DNA of 64,000 bases, from assembly GCA_012295275.1 (NCBI GenBank), contig CM022679.1, positions 15,066,001-15,130,000 of the forward strand. The letters are read 5' to 3'. The DNA is from Chrysomallon squamiferum (Eukaryota; Animalia; Mollusca). The notes under the pieces are model-generated. The model was not told where the DNA came from. It saw nothing but the letters and a program-made list of their open reading frames with translations, and made no database searches. The translations under genes and the position numbers were made by a program. Within the stretch, counting starts at the first letter, position 1. Each line of letters starts with the position of its first letter. Below, piece by piece: positions 1 to 13,984 of this stretch.

Positions 1-69
<69 letters not shown>

Positions 70-83
70 TATTATTACTGCAG

Positions 84-3000
84 ATTTTCACTGCTACGAG
101 GATTGGCTACTTGAGTCCAGAACAAGCCAATGAGGTGACAGACGCACAGAAAGCCACACTGAGTCAGGAACTGCAGAACCAACTTTCCGCACTGTCGACC
201 ATCTATGTTGACTCCTACTTCAACAACAGTAAGTTTGAACAATTTAATTTACCAATGTTTAATTAGTGACTACCTTTTAGCTACATTACTTTAAGTCTTT
301 TTAATTAGTTAATTTCATTCAGTTTTCTTCACTTTTTGGTGTGTTTTGTTTTGCTTCTTTAACTTTTTTCTTTTAATTTTCCATTTTGCTTTACTTTATA
401 TTTACTTTATTTTTATCTACATTTTAATTTTTAATTTTACTTTATTTTTTTTTTTTTTTTTTCCCAACATTTTAATTTTACTTTATTTTATTTTCACTTT
501 AAATATATTTCACATTATTTAAAAAAAATTATTTTTACTTAATATTTATTTTCATTTTTACTTTTTTTGAAATTTACTTTTACTTCCACTTTACCTTTAT
601 TTTACATTACTTTTAACTTTAATACATTCAACTTCACTGAAATTTTATTTGCTTTTCTTAATGTTTACTTAACTTAAATTTACTTTTTATTTAATTCTAC
701 ATACATTTTTACATTTAATTTCCCTTTCTTTTTTACTTAATTTTCACTTTATTTAACTTTCATTTTTCTTTTACATTAATTTAACAATACTACACACTTA
801 TGTTTTTAATTTTGATTTTATTATTGAAGCAAAAGCATCTTTTGGTTAAAATTTAATACAATATTAATCAATCAAATTAATTATTTACATTAAAATGTTA
901 CTGAACAATCTTACAGAAGTCTCAGTTCCACCAAACGATGACAATAGTAAGTGTACAAATAAATATTCACCTTCCCCTGCTCCAGAGAAGTCATAAAATA
1001 TTAAATATAATGTCACATCAACTTAATGCTTTAAAATTTCCATACACTAAATAATATTAAAGTTATTTAATCCTTGCACTTTATTCTTGGTACATAATTA
1101 TCTCTGTAGTTTAACATGTTATATATTCTTGAACAAAAGTCATTCATGCACTAAAGAGGAACTTAATCTATGCTGTTTACATCACTAAATTTATTCACAC
1201 AGTTATTAATGTCATGTGATTCACACATACATACATACATAAAAACTTACAAACATTTACATACATACATACATACATACACACACACATATATACACAC
1301 ACATACCAACATACACACACACACACACACATAAACAGACATACACACCTACATTCATACACATAGACAGACATATATTCATACTTATTTACAGACCACT
1401 ATTAGAAACATATAGATGCATAGAAACAAATTCAGATAAGTATACTAACATATACACGCATAGATGTTAATCAGAATTATTATCTATGGCCTAAGAAGAA
1501 TTTTCAATTTTGCTTTACTTTATATTTACTTTATTTTTATCTACATTTTAATTTTTAATTTCACTTTACTTTTTCTTTATTTTTTCCCTACATTTTAATT
1601 TTACTTTATTTTATTTTCACTTTAAATATATTTCACATTATTTAAAAAAAATTTTTTTTACTTAATATTTATTTTCTTTTTTACTTTTACTTTTTTTGAA
1701 ATTTACTTTTACTTCCACTTTACCTTTATTTTACATTACTTTTAACTTTAATACATTCAACTTCACTGAAATTTCATTTGCTTTTCTTAATGTTTACTTA
1801 ACTTAAATTTACTTTTTATTTAATTCTACATACATTTTTACATTTAATTTCCCTTTCTTTTTTACTTAATTTTCACTTTATTTAACTTTCATTTTTCTTT
1901 TACATTAATTTAACAATACTACACACTTATGTTTTTAATTTTGATTTTATTATTGAAGCAAAAACATCTTTTGGTTAAAATTTAATACAATATTAATCAA
2001 TCAAATTAATTATTTACATTAAAATGTTACTGAACAATCTTACAGAAGTCTCAGTTCCACCAAACGATGACAATAGTAAGTGTACAAATAAATATTCACC
2101 TTCCCCTGCTCCAGAGAAGTCATAAAATATTAAATATAATGTCACATCAACTTAATGCTTTAAAATTTCCATACACTAAATAATATTAAAGTTATTTAGT
2201 CCTTGCACTTTATTCTTGGTACATAATTATCTCTGTAGTTTAACATGTTATATATTCTTGAACAAAAGTCATTCATGCACTAAAGAGGAACTTAATCTAT
2301 GCTTCTTACAGTTATTAATGTCATGTGACTCACACATACATACATACATACAAACTTACATACATATATATATATATATATATACACATACATTTATATA
2401 CATACATACACACATACATACATACATACATACATACATACACACATACATACACACATACATACACACACATACACACATAAACAGACATACACACCTA
2501 CATTCATACACAGACAGACCGACATATATTCATACTCATTTTCAGGCCCACTATTAGAAACATATAGATGCATTGAGACAAATTCACATAAGTATACTAA
2601 CATATACATGCATAGATGTTAATCAGAATTATTATCTATGGCCTAAGAAGTACATTCCCTCACTATCATAATATATATATTTATACATATATTAGGGAAT
2701 TAACCAATGAAATGCTTAATAATGTTCCTGGCAAGAAAGATACACTTTAAAGCAAACATAGTCTAATTAAGAATGATGAATTTCTTTTTTCAAAGGAAAA
2801 ATATTTGAATGTATATTTTATTTCACTCTACTAAATGAAAGAGATTATACAATACAATAATTAATATATCGTATCATTTAATAAATAACGTTGTATTTTA
2901 TCATATTATATCAGTAGAATAACATACTATGTGAAAATATATCATAGATGTCATTTACTGTGTCATTTATCACATTATACACAATTTTGTATAAACAGTA

Positions 3001-4154
3001 ACCAAATTAAAAATATGGTAAAATAAGAGCACATGCTTATATTAAGTTCACAAAATGCTTAACACAAATATTTATGTCAAATAATTATTTTCACAAAACT
3101 ATAATTAACCATTCACATATTATTTAGAACTTACTCATCTTGCTGAACAAATCTGTATTAATTACTGTTATTAAAGTTAGACAGTCATACCAATGAATAA
3201 AAATAGAATCACTTATCTTTCAATATAAAAACACTTTAAAATATACAGTTTAAAGGTTATTTTCCCAAATGTAGTCTTTAATAAACAAATGTTTTAATTC
3301 AGTTTCCTTTAACTTGACTTGAACCAAGATGCCAAGCTTGTATCTCCTAGCCATACAAATATACTGTCCAGTTTAGTGCAATGATTTGTTACCAGTTTTT
3401 TTTATATATTAAATAGTTTTTAATTTGTAAGTTTCCTATGCAGTTTTATGTATGTAAATAAACTGAACATTGTGCTATTATTCTCATTACTATTATTATT
3501 ATTACTTTATTATTACTATTATTACTGTAACTATTGCTTCTAATGATACTAATTCTGCAGGTTACTATCACTACTGCTACAACTATTACCATTACTATTT
3601 CTGCTACTGCTATTATTATTACTACTGTTATTATTATTTTTATACCATACTCCTACTTACATTCTTATCAATATTACTTGTGTAATTTTAAGAGACAAAA
3701 TACAGACAATACCAATAAATTTGAATGTTAAACTGTTTTGTTTAAATTTGTCACTCCTTAGTAGTATTTTGACATCTTAGGTTTTTCTTTTCTTTTCCTT
3801 AGACAACACATCTGCTGTTTATTTGTTTTTAAAATGTTTGTTTCAATTTTTTCTCTCTTTTTAAAATGCTTGTTTTAATTTTTGTTTTCTTTTTAATTTA
3901 TCGTTAAGTCGTTCTTCATAATGCTAGTATTTTCATAATGATTGTCCTTACTGATTTACAGATTATAATTTGCATTACAAATTCTTTTTTAAATTCTTTG
4001 TTTTGAAGATATGTAGGACATAGAAGTAGATACCATAATACTAAATTTGTACACTAAACTATTTTAATTTCTTACTCCAGATGGTGTTGTCCACACTGCT
4101 AGCATCTTCTTGATGACTGTTCTCACTGTCGGATGGATGCTATTTGACAACTAA
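84..4154 (+). CDS. 3' part of a GPI-anchored stereocilin/otoancorin/mesothelin-family gene (paralog A; 5' end outside window). Exons 84-228, 917-946, 2046-2075, 4081-4154
   Basis: All exons have AG/GT ends and compatible phases (0-1, 1-1, 1-1, 1-stop). Translation: IFTATRIGYLSPEQANEVTDAQKATLSQELQNQLSALSTIYVDSYFNN-KVSVPPNDDN-KVSVPPNDDN-NGVVHTASIFLMTVLTVGWMLFDN*. The first exon aligns with exon 24 of the downstream paralog ([34 protein letters not shown]) and with the stereocilin/otoancorin C-terminal 'FS..QL..L...QA.AVT..Q...LS.EQ' motif. The last exon is a hydrophobic GPI-type tail. AATAAA occurs at ~4278 and ~4292. Confidence 0.85.
375..2650 (+). repeat. Recent tandem duplication, two ~1.13-1.15 kb copies (about 375-1498 and 1499-2650), each carrying the 30-nt coding microexon
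   Basis: The copies are near-identical. Both start '...ttttgctttactttatatttactttatttttatctac', both contain 'ttacag AAGTCTCAGTTCCACCAAACGATGACAATA gtaagt' (917-946 and 2046-2075), and both end 'tatctatggcctaagaag'. They differ by small indels (e.g. ~25 nt near 1175-1199 is absent from copy 2) and in microsatellite lengths. Confidence 0.95.
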
Positions 4155-6712
4155 GCCATATACACTGGATTTCATGGAAGAAGAAAAAAACAGAAATGGA
4201 CATTTGAAAAAGAATCCTGCAATTGTTTTTTACTAACAATTTTTTCATTAATATTTGTATACATACATATTTATTAAAATAAAATATATAAAATAAATTT
4301 TATAAAACTTGTAATATAATTAACTGAATGTATAATTTAAAAATATTAAAAGTGGAATTATTTTTTTAAAGATAATATATATTTAAAAATAATTGTAACC
4401 ATAATATTTCAGAGTAAATGTATAGTGTTCAAAACTTTTAGTTTTCTAAAATTATTCTCCACAGTAATTAAATGTTTAAGGTTAAACAGAAATATTTTGC
4501 TATATTAGAACTGTTGTGAATGTGTTGTTGCACTTTCACCAAACTACACAGTTTAGAAAATTCTTGCATATGATCAATATGATGATTTGGTATAGTTTAA
4601 ATTTTAAAATAATAATAATAATACTTTATCGTTTATTTGTTCAAAATTCTAAGACATATATTTAAATCAGTAACTCATTTATTTGATATTATCCAAGATT
4701 TTGTTCAGGATAAATAATTAATTTTATATTCAGACTCTGAATTATTTTATATTCTCTAATACATATTTTTGAAATGCAATAGTATATGTACTTTTATTTA
4801 TTTATACAAGCAGTTTATATTTCTGAAAATCTATTTTGCATGCCAAAATAGATAAATATGTGTGTAACTGAACTCCGACTATCTTTATCTATTTTGATAA
4901 AGAAAAACGTTTCTCAATGTTTTACATGTTTCATAGTTAATTAGTCCCAATAACTCTGTGACTTCCGATGTGTGTGTATGTTCCAGTTGTCGTTCTTGAT
5001 ATTCACCATATTACTAACAAGATAAGAACGTATGCATATATATGACGAAATACAAACTGCAGGTAAATTTCATTTCTAGGATAGCTATTAACTTATTTCT
5101 AAAATTTCTCTAGTTAGTCAATTAAGTTAAATGTTGTAGCGTTTTCTTGTCATTTTTCATTTTAATTTTTAAATATTTTTGATTGAATCCAATGGCATAA
5201 TTTTCTTTCCAGTAACAATTTATTTATTTTTACTTTTATTTTTTTAATTCAGTAAGACTCAGCTTGCAATAATTTTGCACTTTTAAGTTCTATGAATCCT
5301 TTGATATGTCATTTACACTTACTGTTTGTATGAATATAATTTTCCTTGTTATTATCAGTTTTATAAACGTTTTATTTTTGTTGACATTTTTTATATACAC
5401 TTTTTTTATACAACTTGACGGGCCTTCATGGGCTTAAATAAATCTCATAGCAGCAAAAGCGATTTGTTTTGTTATTATTTCCTGAAGAGTCCGAATCCAG
5501 GGGGATGGTGTTATGATGTCAGAACATCCTTTCTGAAGTATTTTATGTTTTTTTGTTGTTGTTGTTGTTGTTGGGGGGTGTTACTCGTTTTTGTTGTTTT
5601 GTTTTGGTTTGTGTATTTGATTGGTTGTGTTTGTTTTATGTTTGTTTTTCTTTTTGTTTTATGTGTGTGTGTGTGTGTCCTAAATGATTTTAAAATACAT
5701 TCTTGAGCACATAAATGCATGTTTAGTAAGAGAATTTGTGATTGTGATTTCCTCCTGCAATATATCAAATAATTCCTGGATCCGTCTGTTTTTACAGTGT
5801 TTACACCGCCGCTGTATTATAACACAAAACTAGTATGTGAAAATTAAATTTATTTTTAAAATGTATAACAGGCCTCGGGTTTGTATCACAGTTTGCGATT
5901 CACCTATGACAATGATACAGTATTCTTCTGCAGTAACGAAATCCAGTTAACCGACTCGGAATAGTCTGACGAGAGTTTTACCACAAGCCGTAAAATTATA
6001 GGCTATATCAGGCGCAGTGAATTTGCTAATCAGATTATCTCATTCGTTACACACGTTTGAGATTGTGTATACATTACTGCAAAACACTTATATCCTTTTT
6101 ATTATTTATTTATTTACGTGAGCTGTCTTTCTGTAGCGTGTAGTAGGAAACAAGATAAAAAATATAAAATAAAGTTAAAGTAAAAGTAAATAAAAACTAA
6201 ATGAGAGTAAAAGTACAAAATTAATAAATAAATACTTGTTAAATATGATGAATTAAAAATTATGTAAATAGATTACAATAAAATTAAAAATTAAAGTGAA
6301 AATGAGAAGAAAGTAAAAGTGAAGTAAAAATAACAGTAAATATATAGATGAAAATAAAAAGTTACATTATAAAACGTCATCAGTTGAACAAGTAATGACA
6401 TCTCAAAATTAAAAAAAATTAAAAAAAATCGGTTAATAGGATATTAAAAAATAATAAGAAAAAAAGTATAAATATGTATGGTGTTCAAACAGAAAAATGT
6501 TAGGATCAAAACAATGTCATGTAAATACATTACTGACAATAACTGATCACAAACCACACACATTCTTTGTTAACCTTGTAAGGCCAAACTTAAGTGTATT
6601 TCTGGTGATGCTAAGAAATAGTCTGAATATATTCTGCATATTTACATGTTGTTTTACTTGTTTTAGTCGTCTAGTTCGAATTAATAATAAAGTGTAACAA
6701 CTGAAGGCTATA

Positions 6713-7448
6713 CAGTGGTACTTCGAGTTACGAGTGCCCCAACTTATGATTTTTCCGATTTACGAGCGCTCGCACGATCATTTTTTTCGCTTTGAGTTAC
6801 GAGCAAGCTTCAGATATGCCGCCGCTAGTTGGCGCAACGAACAACACAACATCCGCCCAGCATCTCATGTCTCACTCGTTTGTTTCACATGGTTACCTCG
6901 CCGTGGAAGCATTTTGCCAAATGTCCATGGATCCTAAGAGAGTGAGTGCAAAGGACAGTGCTGAGAAGAAAAAGCGGATGATGTCCATTGAATTATAGCA
7001 TAAAGTCATAGAAAAACATGAACGAGGTGGGCGTGTAGTCAACATGGCTAGAGAGTACGAGCGTAGTACTTTACGATATGTACCAGACCGAAGCAGAAGG
7101 AGTCGATACAGGCTATAACTCCAGCCAAAGGCGTTAAAATAATTTCTAAGCTTCGGACTTCTGTCCATGAAAAGATGGAGAAACCCTAACCCTGTACACT
7201 TTACGAAACCAATTTATTTCTTAACATTCTCTTTTATTTTGTTTGATACAATATTTGTCATCTATACATACATTTTTCTTCTTTAAAAACAGGTTTCCAA
7301 AAAAAAAAAAAAAAATGGGGTGGTTTTTGGGGTTGATTAATGGTATTTCAATTAATTTCATTTAGTAAAATTGTTCTGATATATGAGCAAATTAGAGTTA
7401 CGAGCTCGGTCACGGAACGAAATAAACTCGTAAGTCAAGGTACCGCTG
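6713..7448 (+). mobile_element. Internally deleted Tigger/pogo (Tc1-mariner superfamily) DNA transposon with a TIGD1-like transposase 5' remnant
   Basis: TA target duplications lie at 6711-6712 and 7449-7450. The left TIR CAGTGGTACTTCGAGTTACGAGT matches the reverse complement of the right end CAGCGGTACCTTGACTTACGAGT at 19/23 positions. From 6927 it reads MDPKRVSAKDSAEKKKRMMSIEL*HKVIEKHERGGRVVNMAREYERST/..QKESIQAITPAKGVKIISKLRTSVHEKMEK, a psq/CENP-B HTH N-terminus with a stop and frameshift. The DDE domain is missing. Confidence 0.92.
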
Positions 7449-7495
7449 TATTTCAAAACATCTGAGCGCCACCATTTTTTTTCTAATTAATGATG

Positions 7496-7496
<1 letters not shown>

Positions 7497-7586
<90 letters not shown>
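7497..7586. repeat. (AAT)n abutting (ATT)n microsatellite, forming a perfect palindrome
   Basis: An aataat... run switches directly to ttatta... at 7529/7530. Confidence 0.9.
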
Positions 7587-7588
<2 letters not shown>

Positions 7589-7968
7589 TAATTAATTAAT
7601 TAATAAGTAGATAAATAATATTTAAATGCATTTAATATTTAAATATTTAAATGAAAAACATGAAAACTACAAAAAAACTAAAAAATAAGAATTATTATTA
7701 TTATTATTATTATTACATCTGTAAAAATAATTAGTTTTGAAATTTGTAAAATAATTCATTAATTTAACATAAAATATAAAAATAAAAAAATAAAAACTTA
7801 CATTTTACTATGTATTTGTGAAGGTCATTTACTGAATAAACAACACAGAATATAAAACAGACAAATACGACATCATAATTAATCCAGACATGTCAATACA
7901 AGATTGTTTCTTTCTTTTATAATTAATCACTAAGAATTTTTAATTATATATGTGTGAATATGTGTGTT

Positions 7969-8010
<42 letters not shown>

Positions 8011-8087
8011 TACATGCACACATACAATATATATAGTTACACTAATTTATATATTTTATAATCTGTGTATGTATGTATATGTGTGTG

Positions 8088-8134
<47 letters not shown>

Positions 8135-8395
8135 TTGTGGATGTCTATATGACTATGTAAAATAAAACCGAAAAGAAAAGAAAGAAAAAGAAAGGAAATT
8201 AAAGAAAAAAGCTTCCATTCGATGACGTTCAGTTGTATCAATCAACCGCATACAATATGTTCGTTATCGTGTATGTTTACATCTTTTTATGAGTGATTTG
8301 TTTACTAATCTACAATACCATGACATATAAAGTGTTCTCTTGTTAAGTTGTTGTTTCTGAACTACAAAGTTTTGTCGATCGTTTTCGTTTGGTCG

Positions 8396-8403
8396 TGACG
8401 TCA
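8396..8403. promoter_or_regulatory. CRE palindrome TGACGTCA upstream of paralog B
   Basis: Exact 8-mer in a CpG-containing stretch; a second exact copy lies at 9774-9781. Function is not demonstrated. Confidence 0.35.
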
Positions 8404-8729
8404 GATGTTGACTAAAGCAGGAACCATTTCGTGGATATTTTAATGTCTGATTTATGCGGCTCGTGTCAGACGTATTGTTTTACGAGTCAAATCAGCATCT
8501 CAGATCATTAACATGTTTATAAATAAACGTATGTCCGGCTATCTATATAGCTCGTGTTAATGTTTTGTCGTGGATGTATTTCTGTATACAGTTATTTTAA
8601 ATGACTAAGACCACAGGCATTTTCCCCTTAGGAGTCGCGTTTAAAATATGTAATATATATATTCGTAGATACATACAAATACACATACGAACGTACATAC
8701 ATAAATATACTTGTGTGCGCGTCTGTGCG

Positions 8730-8773
<44 letters not shown>

Positions 8774-9172
8774 CGTATGCGGCAAGAAAGGCAATCATTG
8801 AGATAAAAATTATTTTCTAAGTAGTTCGTAAAGAATTATTGCATAAAGAACTAAGACATTTGCATATTCATAGGGAATATAAATACGCTGTTACCTTTTT
8901 CCTTTTATCATTATTCTGAATATATGTAGCATTATTATAAATGTAGATCCCTTTACCCTTGGCGTCGGTAATAAAACTGAGAATTTGATGACTAGCAAAT
9001 TACCATAATAAAGTTAAAGTTCTGTAAATGAATAAATAATACTTAATGTGAACAGTTCCTACCAACGTGAGAAAGTAAAAAAAAAAAAAAAAAAATAACA
9101 AATATCTGTTTTATTACACAGACAATATTTTTTGTAACCAACAATGTCAGAACTAATTTAAATTCCAGTGTG

Positions 9173-9304
<132 letters not shown>

Positions 9305-9773
9305 AAAGGAACACCATTACTTTCAGAGGTCTCGCTCTCTGTAATCTCGAGGTAAAACCAACCACACCTGACGATAACGGTTTTTTTAATAGCTGTTGAC
9401 TCAGTTCTAGCATAGAATTAATTCGTCATTATTCCAAGATAAAACAAAAACATCAGTAGTATCAGATCTCGTCAGACTTGTGACCAACGAAAACGTAACA
9501 GGAAGGTCAACGAACTTACAAGAAAAGGAACCAGTCCAATATATTATGATTGTCAAGACTATAAGGTTTTATTTGCTTGATTGATACTCTCAGCTTTTGG
9601 TGAAATAATGGTTAAACAGGAAAACTAGGTTCGTCATTATTATTTGGTTTCATCTACTAAATTATGTGTCTGATGCTTGTTAGGAAATAGACAAAATAGT
9701 TAATAATGATTCTGATATATATATATATATTGTACAATTACTGATTATCTAAATTATCCTACTGGTATCTTAA

Positions 9774-9781
9774 TGACGTCA
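9774..9781. promoter_or_regulatory. CRE palindrome TGACGTCA ~1.1 kb upstream of the paralog B ATG
   Basis: Exact 8-mer match. Confidence 0.35.
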
Positions 9782-9956
9782 GCGAAGTATTATAATCCAA
9801 AAATAAAACTCATTTAAATTTCTATTTGTGAATGAAATGAATGGCCTGATTATACATCTTATTATTCATTAGCTGACAAATATGTTTTGTCAGTTTTTAA
9901 TTTGACACTCTCTTTTGACAGTATTTCTGTAATATTAAAATATGAAGATAATGATC

Positions 9957-10056
<100 letters not shown>

Positions 10057-10379
10057 TATACATTTAGACACATATACACACATATACATACCCATACCCC
10101 CATAAATGACAAGAAGGAACAATTTAAAGAGGGTTTTATGAGTCGGTGTTACAGAAAGGTTTGACAGTTCGTTGATTTCAGGATCTCTCATTCTCAGTGT
10201 TTCGTCTAGTATACGCTAATATACACACTGGACTTTAGTTAAGAATATTATTCAGTCCTGAGAAACAGGGATCTTGTTAGAAGACAGGTTGAAAACGGGT
10301 TTCAAAACCAGTTAGTAGTTGGGTTTTCTTTGGGTTGTCATTGGTGATTTGTGCTTTTTGAAACACATTTCTTAAAGAA

Positions 10380-10483
<104 letters not shown>

Positions 10484-10890
10484 TATATACATCCACAGTT
10501 TCATGAACTTTTCTTCTAATTAAAATTCCCTTTAATGTATCAAAAGTTTATGAAAAAAAAAAAAAAAATATCCTTCATCCTAAGAAGATTCCTCTTTCTC
10601 ACGGATGAAGATGATGATGATGTTCAGTTGCAAAGTCAAACGGGCGTCTTTGCGTGTTTAAGCCACAACAACATGTTTTCGATGTGTATGAGTAACCGTG
10701 AATAAACTGTGGCAGAGATTAATTGCCGAATTTTACGAGCAAGAACCAACGCATGAAACGAGTTCACGTCAAGCAACATTTGTCACGAATCAAACACTGC
10801 GCATGCTCGTGATTAAATTCCCAGGTGTGGTCAGGGCATATAGATGAAGATAGGTACAAGAAAGCGACAGACAATAACGTACTTTGAAAG

Positions 10891-11647
10891 ATGAAGGTAA
10901 CGGCTATAGGATTACGACTAGACTGTTATGTTGTGCTTTTTCTAGCACTTATTTGTAAAGGTAAGTTATTTCATTTTAATTGTTTGTTTGGGTTTTTTTT
11001 TTTTTTTTTTTATTTCTATTAAAATGTGCTTATTTCTTTTTCTTGATTTATGATTTCAAATGGTTTCTTCAAAATATATATATTGAAGAAACCTTTTGAA
11101 TATATATATATTAGAATCTATGATACTGATCAATGTATGCAATAGAATACCTTCTTTACTTTCATAGTGTTAAATTTTTTCAAAAGCCATAATATTTTTA
11201 TGCTTGCTTAAAAATACCATATTGTGCCGTTGATAACTATAAATTTCTCTGTGGGCACTCAAAAGTTTAGTCATTCCTTTTTTCATATGCAGCACAAAAT
11301 ATTGATAATAACAATAACAACCACAAAAACAACAGCAACAGCACAGTAACAACAACGACAAAAGCAATAACTAAATAACTGGCAATATATATATATATAT
11401 ATATAATGTTTCATGTTAAAAAATGCTATTAATGTTTGATTATTTCTTTTGACTTTGTTTGTAATTTTATGCCCTATGTGAGAAATGTTTTATTCGTCGT
11501 AAATGACGGGTTTCACCTCGACTCGGTGCGGTGTAAATTCGTTCTATGCGGCTTTCTTTAAGTGTGTCGTTGTAGACGATTCTTATATTTCCAGGTGTTC
11601 TTTATTTATTTATTTATTTATATATATATTGTCTTTCTTTCTTTTAC

Positions 11648-11693
<46 letters not shown>

Positions 11694-11847
11694 TGCTTGT
11701 TTTTTTTATTGTTGAAGCGTTTTATTAATTAATTATTTCAGACGCACACGCACACATACATTCACGCACAAGAACATATACAAAAATGAATGTGGAATTT
11801 TTTTTTTTTTTTTAAATTAGTTAAAAAGATTTTTTATTTTGTTTTGT

Positions 11848-11887
<40 letters not shown>

Positions 11888-12197
11888 CCGCTCTGATGAA
11901 TAATATATACTTAATATTCATATTTGATGCATCACAGAATATTTACAGTAAAACTTGGGCTTTATTTTCATTGTTTTTGAATCTGCTTTGATTCAGATTT
12001 ATGAGGCTGTTTCGTTTTAAATGCTGAGTTATAGAACATTTTTCTTAAAGGTGCAGATGAAAATTATAATTTTAAAGTATTCAATCGCAGATTAAATTTG
12101 TATAAAGATTTAGTACTCCATTTTGTTTTTCTTTAATTTTTTTTTTTTTAATTCATTAGAATTTCTACCATGAATTATTTATCAGTTATTTATTTTG

Positions 12198-12255
<58 letters not shown>

Positions 12256-13926
12256 TTTACTGTTTTTCTTTACTTTCAGTATTTATTTATTTATTTTATT
12301 ATTTAATTTTATTTTATTTTATTCATTTTGTTTTATTTTGTTTTGTTTTGTTTTATTTTGTTTTTCTTGATAGTTCCGTTATTTATTTTATTTATTTATT
12401 TTTTTTTATTATTATTATTATTTCTGAAATTTATTTATTTTTGATGTTTTTGTTGTATGTTTACTCAAATATTTTATGATATATTTTACTTAACATTTCT
12501 TATTAAAGCAACTTATAAATCTTGCTGTGAAATCAGTAGCTAACGACAGAATATATTAACTTCAAGTTCACGACCAAATTCACGCAATAACGACAGAAAT
12601 TTATAGAATGATATCTAAAAATAAACACCTCCATTTAAAAACGCAGTCTATTAATTACCCACAATGCATCATGACGTCTGTTTCCATACTTGTGTGCCTG
12701 CGTCAGACGGCTGTAAATTACGAATACGTCTGAGCCAAGCTACAGTCCTGCGGCAACGGCTGTGAATTAACGGATCTGTCACACTTGGTGACATTTTCAT
12801 TGTAATATCACTGTTATGATGGATAGCCTCCACTTGATACACTGAGTGTTTCAACAGTCATATTGACACATGAGAAACTTTAGTAATGTGCTCATTTTTT
12901 CTACAGTATTTCATGTATCAAAACATTGAGTAATTTATACGGTTTGATAGAATCAATCAAATATCAAAAAGACTTATGTGGTCTTGAAAGAAAACAATGT
13001 TTTTTTTTTTTTTTTTTTTTTTTGTTTGTTTTTTATCTTTAAAATATAAGAAATTTAATCATTCTTATCTACTTAAAATTGGATATCGGAATTAGTTTAC
13101 AGATATCTTCAGAAAGATAATTTGGATATCAAAACCTTTAATAATATTTTACCGGAATAATTCAGATAATAGAAACTTTCGTTCGTACATGTTGTTATAT
13201 GTATATGCCTGATATAAGAAATTCAGCTGTCATAAGAGTTTTATTAAATATCAGAAAAGTTAATAATAATTCGCTAGAAATGTTCAGGTATTAGAAACCT
13301 TCGTTCGCACGTCAGTTATTTGTATACGTTATTAAAGTCATTTGGATCTAAAAAGAGTCATTATGAATGCCAAAACTTTATAACAGATTCTTTATATCGT
13401 TACAGCAATTTAGATATCATATATTTTATTCGACACTATAGTGATTCAGATAAGAGACATATTTGCCCAGACCAGGGTGCTTGTTATAAAATGATTTTTC
13501 AGAATAGACTAAATCAGTGATACAGTCTGCACATTTCAGATACAGTTATATGACGCGAATTAATAGTTAAGTACCATTCAGATAATGAGAGAGGAAAGCC
13601 ACAGCCGCTACTTCGTGAGTTACTGTTTTCAAACATCTCTGAGTCTTTTATGTGCATCATTCTATGGATAGGATGAGTTACTGTTTTCTGAAACATCAAA
13701 GGGTTTATGACTGTTTGTCATGTTTATCGAAACGAACGCTTAAGATTTCATATGTTCTTGAGTTCGATTAATCATTCGTAAGAATGTTTTCAGTATAGGA
13801 TTAATGGACGTTTTAGGATGAAGTATATACTTATTTAGCAGGACTTTCCTTTTCTTTTCTTTTTTTTTTTTTTTTTTTTTTACGATTTCGGGCATTTTCC
13901 CTTCTTTCTTCATCATCATCATCATC

Positions 13927-13984
<58 letters not shown>

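Noticed and set aside
5963-5975. CTGACGAG hammerhead-core-like motif, also inverted at ~9468-9478
   Set aside because: No stem II followed by GAAA and no closing helices.
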